Virus record (IMG/VR): IMGVR_UViG_3300007754_000007
Location: 1-64,000 of that record
Direction: 5' to 3' (one strand)
Length of the DNA stretch: 64,000 nt
From: a virus
Taxonomy: Duplodnaviria; Caudoviricetes
The position numbers and the translations under genes were made by a program. Every line of letters begins with the position of its first letter. The first letter of the stretch is position 1. Under the pieces are notes generated by a model, which made no database searches, was not told the origin of the DNA, and saw nothing but the letters and a program-made list of their open reading frames with translations. This document shows, in pieces, positions 42,686 to 54,136 of this stretch.

Positions 42686-45600
42686 GGGCTACGAGCTCTC
42701 TCTGGCGTTGGAGCTTGTCCGGAAGTTCGTCCTCGGCACGTCGCGCTTCCATGATTGATCCGTCTACTCGATCGGCCCGGAAACGGATCCATGCGTAGCG
42801 GAGGTCCCGGAACCGGTCATCGAGGTTGAGGACGTCTTCGATGAGGTCAGGGATCACAGGCCGCTGTCCGAATCCATCATCCGCGAAGTCTGTCCAACCC
42901 CCCTCATCCAAGCGGCCGTCCAAGAGCCAGAAGCGCCGGCCCAGGATAGAGAGGCAGTCGGACGTATTGGTGTAGGGTGTCTCGTCTACCAGACCTTCCA
43001 GGGATTCCACCACCAGATTCGACACCACCCCGGCTCCGTCTGTGGGGTCAGTTGGTGACCCGATGTTGTTGATGTGGTCCTCCGCCTGGAAGACATGGTA
43101 GTCCCCCCCACGCCCTTCCTCGTAGATTCCCTTGATCTCATCCAACCAAGATAGGGTCCTCTCCCACAGGAAGAACACCAGGTCCAACGCATCCTGGGAG
43201 AAGATGGAGTTGGGTCGGATGATTCGGTACGGGAACGGCTGGATGCTGGAGACCGCGTCGTTCCCGGTTCGGTTCCCGAAGAGACCCCCCACGGCAGGCG
43301 CTGTCGGGCGGAGAGTGTTCTGCCCCTCCCTCCCGGATCCCAGGGTGCTGACGTGGATGGTGGGCAGAGCCACGTATTCAGCACCCGTGCCTCCAAGGAT
43401 GACGTCATCCCCCCCGCCCTCATCGCTTCCTCCAAACCGGGAGGTTCCATCAACCTCGAGGTCGCCGCCACTGATTCCGGTGATCTTGTAGGCTCCTCGG
43501 TTATCATCAAGGGCTGCTGCGGCTCCGGAGACGTAGGCTGAGCGCCCCACAGTTCCGGTATCCCCTACGGGGCGGACACCCTTCTCGGACGGGTCGTAGA
43601 GCTCCCCAGCCGGCTGTACAAGCACGTAGTCGCCCTCTACCACCCCTTCAGAGGTCCAGGAGGATACCAGGTTGTCCTGCATCGTGTTCCACGTAGATGC
43701 GGATCCTCCGTCGGTATCTCCTCCCGGATAGTCGACCACACGTCGAAGTACTTCAGAGTCCGTGACGCAATCCAGGAGCTGGGCGTTGGACTGCTCCTGG
43801 GGAACGATCGGCTGTTCCAGGTAGATCTCGAAAGTGGCCGCCGACACCAGACTGGCGGTTAGACCAGGCCGCCGGAGGATGAGGTCCCCAGCCCCCGACA
43901 CTCCTTGGATCTCGGCAGAGTCTATCAAGGCTCCGTTCACATCCAGGATACGGAGGACGTCTCCCGCGTTGATGTTGACGCGTCCCTCGTTGAAGTCCCC
44001 AATCGTGGTTGCAGGACTCGTTCCCGCGGAGAAGGTTCGGGTCGCAGCCACGTAGGAGCCGAAGGTCCCCCGCCTGATCTCGTACAGATACTTGAGGAGA
44101 CTCAGCGCATCAGAGATCTCCGTCTGAATCTCATGGAAGCGGCGGATTCTCCGGACCTTGAAGTGAACGGCCTCCGAATAGGTCCCTGGGACGAAGTCTG
44201 AGTAGTTGCGATGTCCAACTTGAGCAGGGAACCCCGCCAAGCTATGGGAGTCAGATACTACATGGGGCCGAGCGAGATTCAAATCAGTGGAGGGCCGGGC
44301 GAAAGTCGGCTCAAGGAACACGCCCCCAAGAGCAGTGAATCCAGGAGTGCCTCCTTCCTCGAGAGTGCTGCCGAGAATGAACCGGTCCCGAGGAAGGAGG
44401 CACTCGAGGACTTGACCGGGGAGCCCCGCCCCAGTGTCAAAATGTACGGCTGTCCAGTCAGCTGCCTGCATCCCCTCCAGGGAGACGTGGGTTGGGACGC
44501 CTTCGATCTTCTCAGCAATCGAGACTCCTGCGTAGCTCCGCGCATATCTCACTGAGGCGCGGTCCTCGAAGAAGACCGCCTCGCTGACAGGAGTCGGGAC
44601 TCTGACACCCAAGGAGCTGGAGGAAGGAGTGCTCGTGTCTCCCAACAGGTACTGGATATCGGAAGCAGTGCTCGTCTTGTCCCAAGCCATGGTGGTGACG
44701 GTTGTTGTTCCGTGGACGCTGGGGTTTCGGTTTCCCATCACAGCCAAGGTGAACCCCGCTGTAGCATCGTTCCCGGAGCCATCTTCGGAGCTCCCCACCA
44801 CGTTGTTCGAGGGAAGTCCATGCGAGGCTCGCGGGGTGAATGGGAAGTAGATCATCCCGGACACCTGGACTCCAGACTCGTTCGCCGCGTCCCGGAACTC
44901 TGCGTCGGTGAGAGCCCCCCCGTTGGCGTCGGTCGCTGTTCCCGTAGACAGAGTGAATGTGGCCTCCCCCGTGGCGCTGTCGTAGGAGACAGCGGAGTAG
45001 GCCATCCGGTACACGGAATCGGACTGAAGGGTGTAGGATCCCGCATCGTAGATGGCGTATCGGGAGTTCCTGATCAGGTACACGAACGTCGTGGCGCCGT
45101 CGCCGGTTGGGAATCCGCAATCCTCGGGGGAATGTGGAACTTCGGGGACCTCCTCAGCCACGAGAGTCAAGCTGATGGCTGACTTCACCGAAGGGAAGCG
45201 GAGGTCCAATCCGTTCTTTTGTCCCGCGTCCGAATAGATCTCCTGCTCCCAGAGATTTCCTGTGTTGGTGTCCACGGCGTGCCGGACCAGGTATGTTCCT
45301 GTCGCGACCGCCCCGCCGCCCCCTGTAGTCTGATCGATCAGGAGGATATCTCCTGGAACCACCTCGGAGAGACCCCCAGAGGTCGCCGAGACAGCGCTGA
45401 TCCAATGACGAAGTCCATCCACTGTCAGAGCTCCGTCGGCGGCATCCCAGAGGGTTCCATCCCCTTCCAGGATCACGGAGTCCTCATCCAGGTCTGAAGA
45501 GGGGATCACCGAGAATATCACCCCCTCCACGCTTCCGGTGGTGAACGGAGAGGTCGTGTTCCCATGGCCCTCCCAGGCCATGGCTCGGAGCTTCCCTTCC

Positions 45601-48600
45601 TCGGATCCCGCTGCTCCTGGGATAAAGGTTCCCACGTAGGGAACCCCTGAGAGAACAGTGCTGTCCTCGTCGGGCCCAACCCGCTCCAGGAACGTGAGAG
45701 CGGACCCTCCGTTCACCTCTGCGGAGGCGTTGACCGCAGTAGCTGTCCCTGCACCGATCGGAGACTCATGTGCCTCCAGAGAAACTCCAAGTTCCGTAGC
45801 GTCTCCGTTGGCAGGATTGGAGTTCCGAGGGAGGGTTGTCGCGAAGGAGACCTGCTCACCGAACGTGAGGCGATTCGCCTTGATCTCGCAGGTGGTTGAC
45901 CCCCCTGCCGAACCCACCGGGATGTTGTTCCCGGAAGAGACACGGGTTGTGTTGGTGATGTAGGTGTCGATCGTGACGGTGAAGTCATGATAGTTGCCAC
46001 CGGTGACTCCCGAGAGCGCAGAGAGCAATGAGGCAGAGGTCTCTACCGAGATGATCCCCGCAGCTGTCAACGAGACCCCTGTCCCTGCCAACGTGAGAGT
46101 AGTCACGGTCGCGAAGGGGTCGTTCACGTAGATGGAGCCTGCAGCTGCCAGGGTCGGGATGACAACCTCACCTATGAGGGACTGTCCGGAGGCAGTCGCA
46201 GGGTCTGGGTTGTAGAGGCGGATGACAATGGCGTTTCCGCCTGCGACCAGGGCAAGCAACCCTCCTGCGAGACCTCCTCCATTGGAGTCGAACACCAGCC
46301 CACCCACCGATGAGCAGTCGAGGAGGGTGATCCAGTTCCCAGGGTTCGTCTCGGAGGGGGTGAGGCCAGAGGTCGCAGGGAACGCGCCCCCCAGGTATCC
46401 AAACGCATTCTCCACTGTGTACTTGTGGGTGTCCGTCTTGGTAGTCGGGGTCACGAACCGTGGGGTCTCCACCTTCCCGGAGGATACGGCGCCAACGGAG
46501 AGGATCCCTGTCATTCCCGTCAGGAGCTCTCCGGCAGCTTCCTGGGGCTGATCCGCCTCCACCAGGATGAGGTCGTAGGCTCGGCCGTCACCGATTGCCG
46601 TTCCGTCTGTGTAGGAGCCTGCTGTGGCGACAGGGGTCAGGTCCTGACCTGTATAGAGAGTTGCGGGATCTCGGTCGGGACCCAGTGTGTAGGTCTCTAC
46701 CAGAACGCCATCGACAGCTACGATCTCATCCGGATATACAGCCTTCCAAGTCTGGTCTCCATAGGGCATTGCCACGGACGTGTCCGCACCGAGGAGGATT
46801 CGGAACTTGGCCGCTACGTCCCCGAGGATAGCGAGCTCTGTCTCGGTTCCCTGGAGGTAGGGGATCTGGATATCCCCTGAGTCGTCAGCGGACTCCCCCT
46901 TGAGGCAGGGGAGCTTGACGGGCCTTCGATCAGTGTTGTTGAACTCTACCAAACCTTCGATGCAGCTGAGGGGCTGAGGGGGCTTCTGCCCAAGCATGTC
47001 CTGGAGCGGGAGTGGGAAGATGTCCTCCCGACCCGGGAGGGAAGCGTCGATGAACTCCCCTGAGCCCCGAGCCACCTTGAGATCGAACTGGACTCGGTAG
47101 TCCGGAATCATGCGGGAGAGCTCCCGCATCTGCTTTGGCGTGATCTCGTCTTCGTCCTCTGGGATATCCTCGATATCCAGGAGGTCCTCCCCGCCGAAGA
47201 TAGTATCCCCGCGCCCGGTGTTCTCGGAGACCACATCCTCGAGAGGGTCTGTGCCGTCCACCAGGACTTCCGATCCGGAGAGGTCGGAGCCGTCCACACC
47301 AACGAGGGTCAGGATACAGCCTACCTGGACTTCCCCGACGAAGATCCCGTTGCCGTTTGGATCGCTGAGCTCAAACACCGACCCGTCGGGCTTCCCGAAT
47401 CGTAGCCGTTGGCCGGTCTCGAATCCCGGGGTGGAGAGATCGATATCCCCTGTGAACAGGGAGAACAGGGAAGCCCCTGCCGGGAGCGGGTTGAACATGA
47501 GCTGGGTTGCGTCAGGCCATCCCGTGTCTGGATCTACAGGGAACTCAGAGAGAAGCAGCGGCGTTGCTACCAGGGTTGCCTTCCCGACGGTGGAGACTGT
47601 TATCCCTGTAGCTGATGTGAGAGCGGAATCCATCTCCGCATCTCCCTCTGGGAAGAACCTCCAGATCCGAGCCCGAGGGTGTCTATCGGTGGCGAGGACC
47701 TCGATGATCCCCGTGATGTTCCCAAGAGCTTCATTGGAGATGTTCCCAATGGCAGTGCCTCGAGTTCGGACAACGGACTTGGTTGTCTCTCCAGGCTCCG
47801 GACCGGGGGTCTCAACCTTCCGGCCGGACGTGTAGTATCCGGGATCAGTGAAACCAGAGGCGCTCGGGACAGCATCGATCCCGGGAAGGAGCCGCGAGAA
47901 GTGCCGGGCTCTCTCGGGGAAGAGCCTCGAATAGACATGAGGCTCCCACATATCTCGGAACAGCCCAGGGACGTTGAGTCCTGGGAAGATGAGCGCGAGC
48001 CCTCGAGGACGGCCCATTCCAATGAGGAGCCGGTCGTCCATATCGTTCTTGACACGACCTCTCTGACGGACCGTGAAAGAGGCCAGAGTCTCGGGGTCCG
48101 GGGTATCCCCGTCCGTCTCACCAGGACGCCCTACAGGGTCCTTCTCGGTTGCTGTAGTTGGGTCGTAGACCGGGTCCACTTCCTCGTAGAATCCGACACC
48201 ACCGGACCACTCGTCCAGGACTTCCCTCCAGATGAGACGAACCGTCAGGTCTCCCGAGATTTCGTCCTCGTAGCCGGGCCCTGCGTACCTCTTGTCATGT
48301 CCGATGAAGAACCGGAACTTCCCATCCCGGTCCCCGATCACACGCCCATCGAAAGACTCCAAGACCTGCTCGAAGGCCAGGACCACCCCGTTGTAGAGCT
48401 CGATGAAGGCACGGGCGGCACGGTCCAGGTCCTTCTTGTCTCGCACATCCCCACGGAGCCCAAGGAGCCCCTGTTCAGAGTTGTCCGGGAGACCGGCGAA
48501 CGCGTCGGTGGGGCCTCCGCTGTCCGAGGCCACAGCCCCCAAAGCCTTCCCTGAGACCTCTCCCAGGAAATCCTCCATTGGAAGGACCTCGTAGAAGAAG

Positions 48601-51600
48601 CTGTCCGGATTCGAGAACGTGTACTGGGCAGTGAGGGTTGCTCCAAGGATCCGATTCTGGAGAGACGGAGTTGTGATGAAGAGGTACTGGGCCTTGAAGG
48701 CCGGAGCAAGGATGGCCGCCTCGTCTACCAGAGGACCCACCTCGGACACTGCCGTGTAGGTGGCGACCAGGGATTCCCCGGGCTGGAGAGCTCCCTGTGT
48801 GGGGAGGACGAACTCCACGGCGCCAGAGGAAGGATCCGCCTCGTAGTGGACGCCCTCCGTGAGCTCTTTCCCAGGGAGTTCAACCCCAGCCTCTGTCCGG
48901 CCGACCAGGAACAGGGAGAACTCCTCTGTATCTACGAATCCTGAAATCCCTGGGAACGTCCTTGGGAGAGGACCAAAGACGGGCCGGACCGAGAGACGAA
49001 TGGTGTCTGTGGATGTATGTCCCGTGGCTATGGGGTTGGAGAGGTCTACTCGGGTGAATCTCCCATCATCGGACAGAGCAGAGCCTGCAACCAGGTAGGG
49101 ATATCCAGCGATTTCCAGGAGATGACCTACACGGGCGTACTGGGTCAGGTCCCCGAGGAACACAACTTGCAGCTGCCCTCTGTCCGCTTCTACCAGAGGA
49201 ACCCCGGAGACAACTGGGAGGAATCCCTCTTGTCCACCCCCTGCTACGGGGTCGGAGGGGTCTACGGTGATGGCGATCCTCTGGGAAGAGAACGAGAACT
49301 CGGAGTCCCGAGCCGGAGCCCTGCTTCCAACCTCGGTGCTGGGCGGAGGCCACACAGTGAACGTGGTTTCGTCTTCCCCGGCGTCGTACGAGACCGACTT
49401 CACGTAGAAAAGGGTCTGGTCCAGGACCATCAGGGCGCCGACCTGCACGTCCGGAGTGCGATTCCCTCCCACGGTTGCTGTGTCCTGGCCCTCTTCCAGG
49501 AAGAACGGTTTCCTGTACACAGGAGGGGTGGACACCTGGTAGGCTTGTTCCCCACCGAAGGCTTCCAGGACCCCATAGGTGATCTTGACTGTCTCGGAGG
49601 GGTCAACAGCCTCGGCGAATGTGAGAGTACTCCCACTCACAGTGACCTGTACGAGACCAGCGAAGTTCTGGAGCTCCACACCTACCCAGATTGCCGCCTC
49701 GATCTCCTCCGATACAGTTCTCCCGGTTGGGTTGAACGTGTAGGTGAAGTCGTCTACGCGAGTGGCCTCCTCCAGCTGTACGATCAGAGGAAGGAACTCA
49801 GTGATCAACGTTCCGGTGAGGGGGTCTCCGTCCGTGTCCGCTTGGTAGTATGCGGCCTCTACTATCTGTCCGTCCCGCAGGGGCTTGGTGATATAGATGT
49901 CTCCGGAGAGGGGAGACATCACCACATCCAATCCTCGCTCAGTGATCAGCTCCTCGAGGAAGTAGGCTGTCTCCCCTGTATGGGCTGTAGTATCAGCGTC
50001 AGAGAGGCGAATGCTCCCATCAGTGGGATCGATCTCACAGAACCCAGAGGCCAAGAGGCTCCCATCCAGGAACAGCTGATCGTAGTAGACCGTTTCCCCC
50101 GCGAAGTTCGTGAGCACATCAGAAGCGAATCGGATCTCTCCCGCGACCCCGCCGCCGGGCTCCCCTACTTCGATCTCCCCCGTCGCGATCGTCGTGGAGA
50201 ACGACGAAACCAGCGTCATGTTGGTCCCGGCTGTGAACTCCTGAGACCCCACTCGGATCCTGAAATACGCGGTCGCCGGCGCTGTGGAGTTGAGGAAATG
50301 GGGATCGGTTACGTCGGGGACGGACAACCCGGTCTCTGCCAATGTCCCCAGGTCCGACCCCGTCTCGAGGAAAGAGACCGTAGCCGAAGGACTACTTGAC
50401 GCAAGACCGAACCGCAGAGCCACAGGCCGGTTGCTCCCCAAGGCATCCGATACGACGGCGGATAGAGACCCCCCGACCGTTCCCGTGGGGGACAGGAGTC
50501 GAATCCTGAACGGCTCGTTCAGGAAGTGGTTGAACGGGACCCTCTGGGCGTCTGCGAGGATCGTGGGGTCGAAGGTATCAGTGGTCTGGCCTTCCAGGAT
50601 CCTCCACGAGAGTCCTGTCTCATCAGCAGGTGTAGGGGAGACAGTGAACTCAGCGATCCCCCCGACCAGGTTGGCGCCAGTGACTGTGTAGAGACCGGCC
50701 CCGGATCCGTTGATGACATGGAGTCTGTCACCCACCGAAACGGCGCTCAGGAGATTCCCCTGGAGGATCGCGTTCTGGGTTGACTCGGGGCTCAGGACAG
50801 GGTTCGAGAAGACCCCCGATGAGAAGGTTCCGCCACCCCCGGAGTAAACGGAACCTCCTTCGGGGGAGATCAGAACAGCTTGCCCGGGGGCTCCCTCTCC
50901 AGGGAGGAGAAACTCGGAACCCTGTCCCAGTTCTGAATAGCTGATGAGACCAGGCCGCTTGAGGTACAGACCGAAGCCTGCCCGAGTGGGATCCATGGCT
51001 TCGCTGTCTACTGTTTCCTCGATGACCCCCGTGTGGTCCAGCTGAAGCGTATCCGTTGGGGACAGGACAGTTGTGGCGGGGGTCTCTCCGAACTCGGCCC
51101 AGATGACCCGGTTGTTCTCCAGATCGTACTTGAGGCCAACCCTTTGACGGAGACCATAGTTGGACAGACGGACCAGGTTCAGCCCAAGGCTCATCTGGAA
51201 GTGTACGTCCTCATCGAAGCCGGGGATGTCCACCAAGGGAGGGTTGTTGACATGAACGAACGGGCTGGCCTGGACGTTATCGGTGAACACCTTCCCAGTG
51301 TAGGAGCCTGTCGCTCGGATGTCTGCGGTCAGATTCTCCCGGCTCAGATTCTCAGGACTCCGGTACAGGCCGAGGCTTGATCCGTTGTCGGGCTGCCAAC
51401 GGAAGGTGTCCCCTGAGGCATCCACCCTCCAGCCGGGAAGGAATCCCAGGACGGTGTGTCCGGAGAGGTCATCGGCGTCGGTGTTCCAGCCGATCTCCAC
51501 ACGCCCCGAAGAAGGAGTTCCGGCCTCGATGAAGACGCGACCTCGGATGACCCCTGCCTGGCCCGTCCCGGTGATGACCGTGTTGAGTTCCGTTGCGATC

Positions 51601-53558
51601 TGAGCTGCGGTGAACTCTCCGCTTCCAGAGGCCGTCCATGTGTAGGGGGTGCCGTCTACGGCGAAGCGAAGCTCCTCTGTCCCCACGAGAGTGTAGGGCT
51701 CCGAGTTCCGAGAATAGAGCCGCGCCTCGTCCGAGTACGTGGCTGGAGTGACCTGGGCCTGCGCGAAGTAGAGACCCTCTCCCTTGATGCCTCTTCGCTT
51801 CATCTGGACTCGGGAGGTCGCAGCGAACCCTGGCGGCTGGGAGGGTGCGGGCTCCAGAGAGGTCACTGCCTCGGTCTTCTTGACTCGAATCTTGAGGGTG
51901 GGGATATCCTCCTCGTACTCGACAACCTCGAGGGTCTCCAGAGCACGAGAGCCTGCAAAGATGAAGGTATCTCCGACGCCCTCAAGCTGACGGACCAGTC
52001 CGCTGCCGTTGGGGCGAGCGTTCGCTGCGGTTGAGGAATCCGGGCTCTCTCCGGTCCTATCAGGAACATAGAGGACTCCGGAGGCTCCTGGAGGGGGCAT
52101 AGAGGCACTCCTCTGGATGAAGAGATCCCCAGACCCAGGAACACCAGAGCCTCCAGTATCCTCTCCGACCAGCTCATTCCCGTTCTCGTCCACCAGAGGA
52201 ACAGGGCTCTGGAGCGGAACAGGCTGGGTGGAGAGGGAAACCCCATCGTAGAAAGCGTGAGCTCCCAGATATGCGATATCGTATTCGGTCTCTCCCGGCT
52301 GGGTCTTCTTGATGTCCGTCTCGGAGAACACCACCTTCCCAGTTGCACGAGACCACCAGACCTCTCCTTCAGGGACGGAGGAGGGATCCCCAGGAAGGTC
52401 CGCGTCTGTATCGTAGGCCACAGGCGCCAGGTACCTGCGACTCCCAAGGCGAATGAAGGGTCGCTCGGTGGGTCCAGGGACTGGAGAGAGGACCGGATAT
52501 CCCAGAGTTGAGTCCGTGGGAAGGCCGGCGAGCTCCCCGAGATCCCCATCGTCCCCAGGGCGGAAGCTCTCGGGGTTGTACCAGAGGGTGAGGCCTACGT
52601 TGGCGGTGGTGTATGTGGTGTTGAGGAGAAGGACCCCGTTGGTGACTCCGACCACAGCGTCGTATCCCGAGCCCACTGCAGGATAGTCCCCTTCGGTATC
52701 GGGGTCGGCGACGACCAGGATATCCAGGGGTATCGCGGTCGAGTCGGGGAACAGACCCCCACGAACCAGGGAGAAGCTATCCGGAGAACCAGAGGCTCCG
52801 GGAAGGGTGTCTCCGACGGAGAAGCGGGACGGGGGTGGGGAGAGCTCATAAGAGTCCTTCGAACCCACCTCCCCGAGATCCTGGGGAGTGGTGCCTTGGA
52901 ACGGAACCCACCTCCCCTTGCTGCCATCCCACCCGAATCGTGTCGCCTGGGAATCGTTGCGAGACCACCAGAAGGTAGGGCCTGAGAGCCTGTACGAGAC
53001 GAGGAGGATTTGGTCCCCTCTGCCTACCGAGAACCCTCCCCCCATCGAAGAGAGAGTGGCGGCGTCAATGACCACCTTCCCGATGAGGGGATCCTGCCCC
53101 GGATCGAAAGCCGCGACCACCTGCCCCAAGGTGTCGCCCCGGAGGAGAGTCATCCCGGTCACGGAGGACAGGTCCCGTCCGTTTTCATCCCTCACGTAGA
53201 AGGTAGCGGTCCCGTCTGTGTAGGTCCCGACGGTCAGGGATCCTTCGGCCGGTTGGACGTAGGTGGGATCTCCCGAGATTCTGAACGCATCCGAGTCCAC
53301 TGTAGACAGGGATCCAGAGGTGGCTGCCCACACCAGGTATTCGTCCGTTCCGCCTCCTCTCAGGAGGACAGCTGCCCTGTACATGTCGGCATAGGGCTCT
53401 ACGTCGCGGGGAGCCGGGATCTCGTATCCCGCTGCCAACATCTCCGCGGGAGAGAGATGATCCCGGCTGACTCCTGAGGTCGCCTCCCCTGTGGAAGAAG
53501 CGTTCCCAGTCGCTACGCGCGCCGGGCGGAGCACGTACCCAGAGAGATTGAAGCCCAC
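42663..53558 (-). CDS. giant virion structural protein (baseplate/tail-associated), 3631 aa
   Basis: uninterrupted ORF rich in Gly/Ser/Thr/Asp, downstream of the hub and spike genes. Confidence 0.8.
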   Translation of the reverse strand: MGFNLSGYVLRPARVATGNASSTGEATSGVSRDHLSPAEMLAAGYEIPAPRDVEPYADMYRAAVLLRGGGTDEYLVWAATSGSLSTVDSDAFRISGDPTYVQPAEGSLTVGTYTDGTATFYVRDENGRDLSSVTGMTLLRGDTLGQVVAAFDPGQDPLIGKVVIDAATLSSMGGGFSVGRGDQILLVSYRLSGPTFWWSRNDSQATRFGWDGSKGRWVPFQGTTPQDLGEVGSKDSYELSPPPSRFSVGDTLPGASGSPDSFSLVRGGLFPDSTAIPLDILVVADPDTEGDYPAVGSGYDAVVGVTNGVLLLNTTYTTANVGLTLWYNPESFRPGDDGDLGELAGLPTDSTLGYPVLSPVPGPTERPFIRLGSRRYLAPVAYDTDADLPGDPSSVPEGEVWWSRATGKVVFSETDIKKTQPGETEYDIAYLGAHAFYDGVSLSTQPVPLQSPVPLVDENGNELVGEDTGGSGVPGSGDLFIQRSASMPPPGASGVLYVPDRTGESPDSSTAANARPNGSGLVRQLEGVGDTFIFAGSRALETLEVVEYEEDIPTLKIRVKKTEAVTSLEPAPSQPPGFAATSRVQMKRRGIKGEGLYFAQAQVTPATYSDEARLYSRNSEPYTLVGTEELRFAVDGTPYTWTASGSGEFTAAQIATELNTVITGTGQAGVIRGRVFIEAGTPSSGRVEIGWNTDADDLSGHTVLGFLPGWRVDASGDTFRWQPDNGSSLGLYRSPENLSRENLTADIRATGSYTGKVFTDNVQASPFVHVNNPPLVDIPGFDEDVHFQMSLGLNLVRLSNYGLRQRVGLKYDLENNRVIWAEFGETPATTVLSPTDTLQLDHTGVIEETVDSEAMDPTRAGFGLYLKRPGLISYSELGQGSEFLLPGEGAPGQAVLISPEGGSVYSGGGGTFSSGVFSNPVLSPESTQNAILQGNLLSAVSVGDRLHVINGSGAGLYTVTGANLVGGIAEFTVSPTPADETGLSWRILEGQTTDTFDPTILADAQRVPFNHFLNEPFRIRLLSPTGTVGGSLSAVVSDALGSNRPVALRFGLASSSPSATVSFLETGSDLGTLAETGLSVPDVTDPHFLNSTAPATAYFRIRVGSQEFTAGTNMTLVSSFSTTIATGEIEVGEPGGGVAGEIRFASDVLTNFAGETVYYDQLFLDGSLLASGFCEIDPTDGSIRLSDADTTAHTGETAYFLEELITERGLDVVMSPLSGDIYITKPLRDGQIVEAAYYQADTDGDPLTGTLITEFLPLIVQLEEATRVDDFTYTFNPTGRTVSEEIEAAIWVGVELQNFAGLVQVTVSGSTLTFAEAVDPSETVKITYGVLEAFGGEQAYQVSTPPVYRKPFFLEEGQDTATVGGNRTPDVQVGALMVLDQTLFYVKSVSYDAGEDETTFTVWPPPSTEVGSRAPARDSEFSFSSQRIAITVDPSDPVAGGGQEGFLPVVSGVPLVEADRGQLQVVFLGDLTQYARVGHLLEIAGYPYLVAGSALSDDGRFTRVDLSNPIATGHTSTDTIRLSVRPVFGPLPRTFPGISGFVDTEEFSLFLVGRTEAGVELPGKELTEGVHYEADPSSGAVEFVLPTQGALQPGESLVATYTAVSEVGPLVDEAAILAPAFKAQYLFITTPSLQNRILGATLTAQYTFSNPDSFFYEVLPMEDFLGEVSGKALGAVASDSGGPTDAFAGLPDNSEQGLLGLRGDVRDKKDLDRAARAFIELYNGVVLAFEQVLESFDGRVIGDRDGKFRFFIGHDKRYAGPGYEDEISGDLTVRLIWREVLDEWSGGVGFYEEVDPVYDPTTATEKDPVGRPGETDGDTPDPETLASFTVRQRGRVKNDMDDRLLIGMGRPRGLALIFPGLNVPGLFRDMWEPHVYSRLFPERARHFSRLLPGIDAVPSASGFTDPGYYTSGRKVETPGPEPGETTKSVVRTRGTAIGNISNEALGNITGIIEVLATDRHPRARIWRFFPEGDAEMDSALTSATGITVSTVGKATLVATPLLLSEFPVDPDTGWPDATQLMFNPLPAGASLFSLFTGDIDLSTPGFETGQRLRFGKPDGSVFELSDPNGNGIFVGEVQVGCILTLVGVDGSDLSGSEVLVDGTDPLEDVVSENTGRGDTIFGGEDLLDIEDIPEDEDEITPKQMRELSRMIPDYRVQFDLKVARGSGEFIDASLPGREDIFPLPLQDMLGQKPPQPLSCIEGLVEFNNTDRRPVKLPCLKGESADDSGDIQIPYLQGTETELAILGDVAAKFRILLGADTSVAMPYGDQTWKAVYPDEIVAVDGVLVETYTLGPDRDPATLYTGQDLTPVATAGSYTDGTAIGDGRAYDLILVEADQPQEAAGELLTGMTGILSVGAVSSGKVETPRFVTPTTKTDTHKYTVENAFGYLGGAFPATSGLTPSETNPGNWITLLDCSSVGGLVFDSNGGGLAGGLLALVAGGNAIVIRLYNPDPATASGQSLIGEVVIPTLAAAGSIYVNDPFATVTTLTLAGTGVSLTAAGIISVETSASLLSALSGVTGGNYHDFTVTIDTYITNTTRVSSGNNIPVGSAGGSTTCEIKANRLTFGEQVSFATTLPRNSNPANGDATELGVSLEAHESPIGAGTATAVNASAEVNGGSALTFLERVGPDEDSTVLSGVPYVGTFIPGAAGSEEGKLRAMAWEGHGNTTSPFTTGSVEGVIFSVIPSSDLDEDSVILEGDGTLWDAADGALTVDGLRHWISAVSATSGGLSEVVPGDILLIDQTTGGGGAVATGTYLVRHAVDTNTGNLWEQEIYSDAGQKNGLDLRFPSVKSAISLTLVAEEVPEVPHSPEDCGFPTGDGATTFVYLIRNSRYAIYDAGSYTLQSDSVYRMAYSAVSYDSATGEATFTLSTGTATDANGGALTDAEFRDAANESGVQVSGMIYFPFTPRASHGLPSNNVVGSSEDGSGNDATAGFTLAVMGNRNPSVHGTTTVTTMAWDKTSTASDIQYLLGDTSTPSSSSLGVRVPTPVSEAVFFEDRASVRYARSYAGVSIAEKIEGVPTHVSLEGMQAADWTAVHFDTGAGLPGQVLECLLPRDRFILGSTLEEGGTPGFTALGGVFLEPTFARPSTDLNLARPHVVSDSHSLAGFPAQVGHRNYSDFVPGTYSEAVHFKVRRIRRFHEIQTEISDALSLLKYLYEIRRGTFGSYVAATRTFSAGTSPATTIGDFNEGRVNINAGDVLRILDVNGALIDSAEIQGVSGAGDLILRRPGLTASLVSAATFEIYLEQPIVPQEQSNAQLLDCVTDSEVLRRVVDYPGGDTDGGSASTWNTMQDNLVSSWTSEGVVEGDYVLVQPAGELYDPSEKGVRPVGDTGTVGRSAYVSGAAAALDDNRGAYKITGISGGDLEVDGTSRFGGSDEGGGDDVILGGTGAEYVALPTIHVSTLGSGREGQNTLRPTAPAVGGLFGNRTGNDAVSSIQPFPYRIIRPNSIFSQDALDLVFFLWERTLSWLDEIKGIYEEGRGGDYHVFQAEDHINNIGSPTDPTDGAGVVSNLVVESLEGLVDETPYTNTSDCLSILGRRFWLLDGRLDEGGWTDFADDGFGQRPVIPDLIEDVLNLDDRFRDLRYAWIRFRADRVDGSIMEARRAEDELPDKLQRQRELVALKKGLDS

Positions 53559-53569
53559 TCAGGATCCCT

Positions 53570-54136
53570 TCAGAACAGCGTGGATACTGAGGCCCCCATA
53601 CCCGGTAGAGGACCTCCTCCCCCTGTCGACACGCCGACACCGCTACCTGTCCTCACGATAGCGCTGATACCGTTGCTCAGAGCGGTCGCGTATCGGAGAG
53701 CAACAGGTCCTGTGATCCCCTGAGCTGCAAGAGAGGATATGAGGGAGGTGGCCAAGGAAGGCGCCAGGGCAGATACCACTCGAGATGCATCCGCTCCGAC
53801 GGCCCCTGTAGAGACCCCCTTGTAGGTCGCTGAAGCGTTCAAAGCGTTGGCGACTCCCAGCCCTACCGCAGAAGCCATCCGGAGGCCTGTAGGTCCGCTC
53901 AGGCCGGCTGCTACAAACGCTGCCACTACAGGGGTTGCGCTGGGGACTACAGTGAACTTCCCTTGGACTGTTCCAGCCCCCAGGAAGCCGGATACGGTGC
54001 CTTGGAGCTTGACTGATCGGATCCATGCCGCGACACCCGCGCCGGTCGCAGAGGCTATCTGCATCCATAGAGGGCCTGTCAAATCAGGCCCTGCGGTGAT
54101 GATGGCGACTGTGGTGGGGGGTGCTGTGAACGCCAT
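53570..54136 (-). CDS. Ala/Gly-rich tail/spike-associated protein
   Basis: 188 aa, coupled to the spike gene. Confidence 0.6.
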   Translation of the reverse strand: MAFTAPPTTVAIITAGPDLTGPLWMQIASATGAGVAAWIRSVKLQGTVSGFLGAGTVQGKFTVVPSATPVVAAFVAAGLSGPTGLRMASAVGLGVANALNASATYKGVSTGAVGADASRVVSALAPSLATSLISSLAAQGITGPVALRYATALSNGISAIVRTGSGVGVSTGGGGPLPGMGASVSTLF

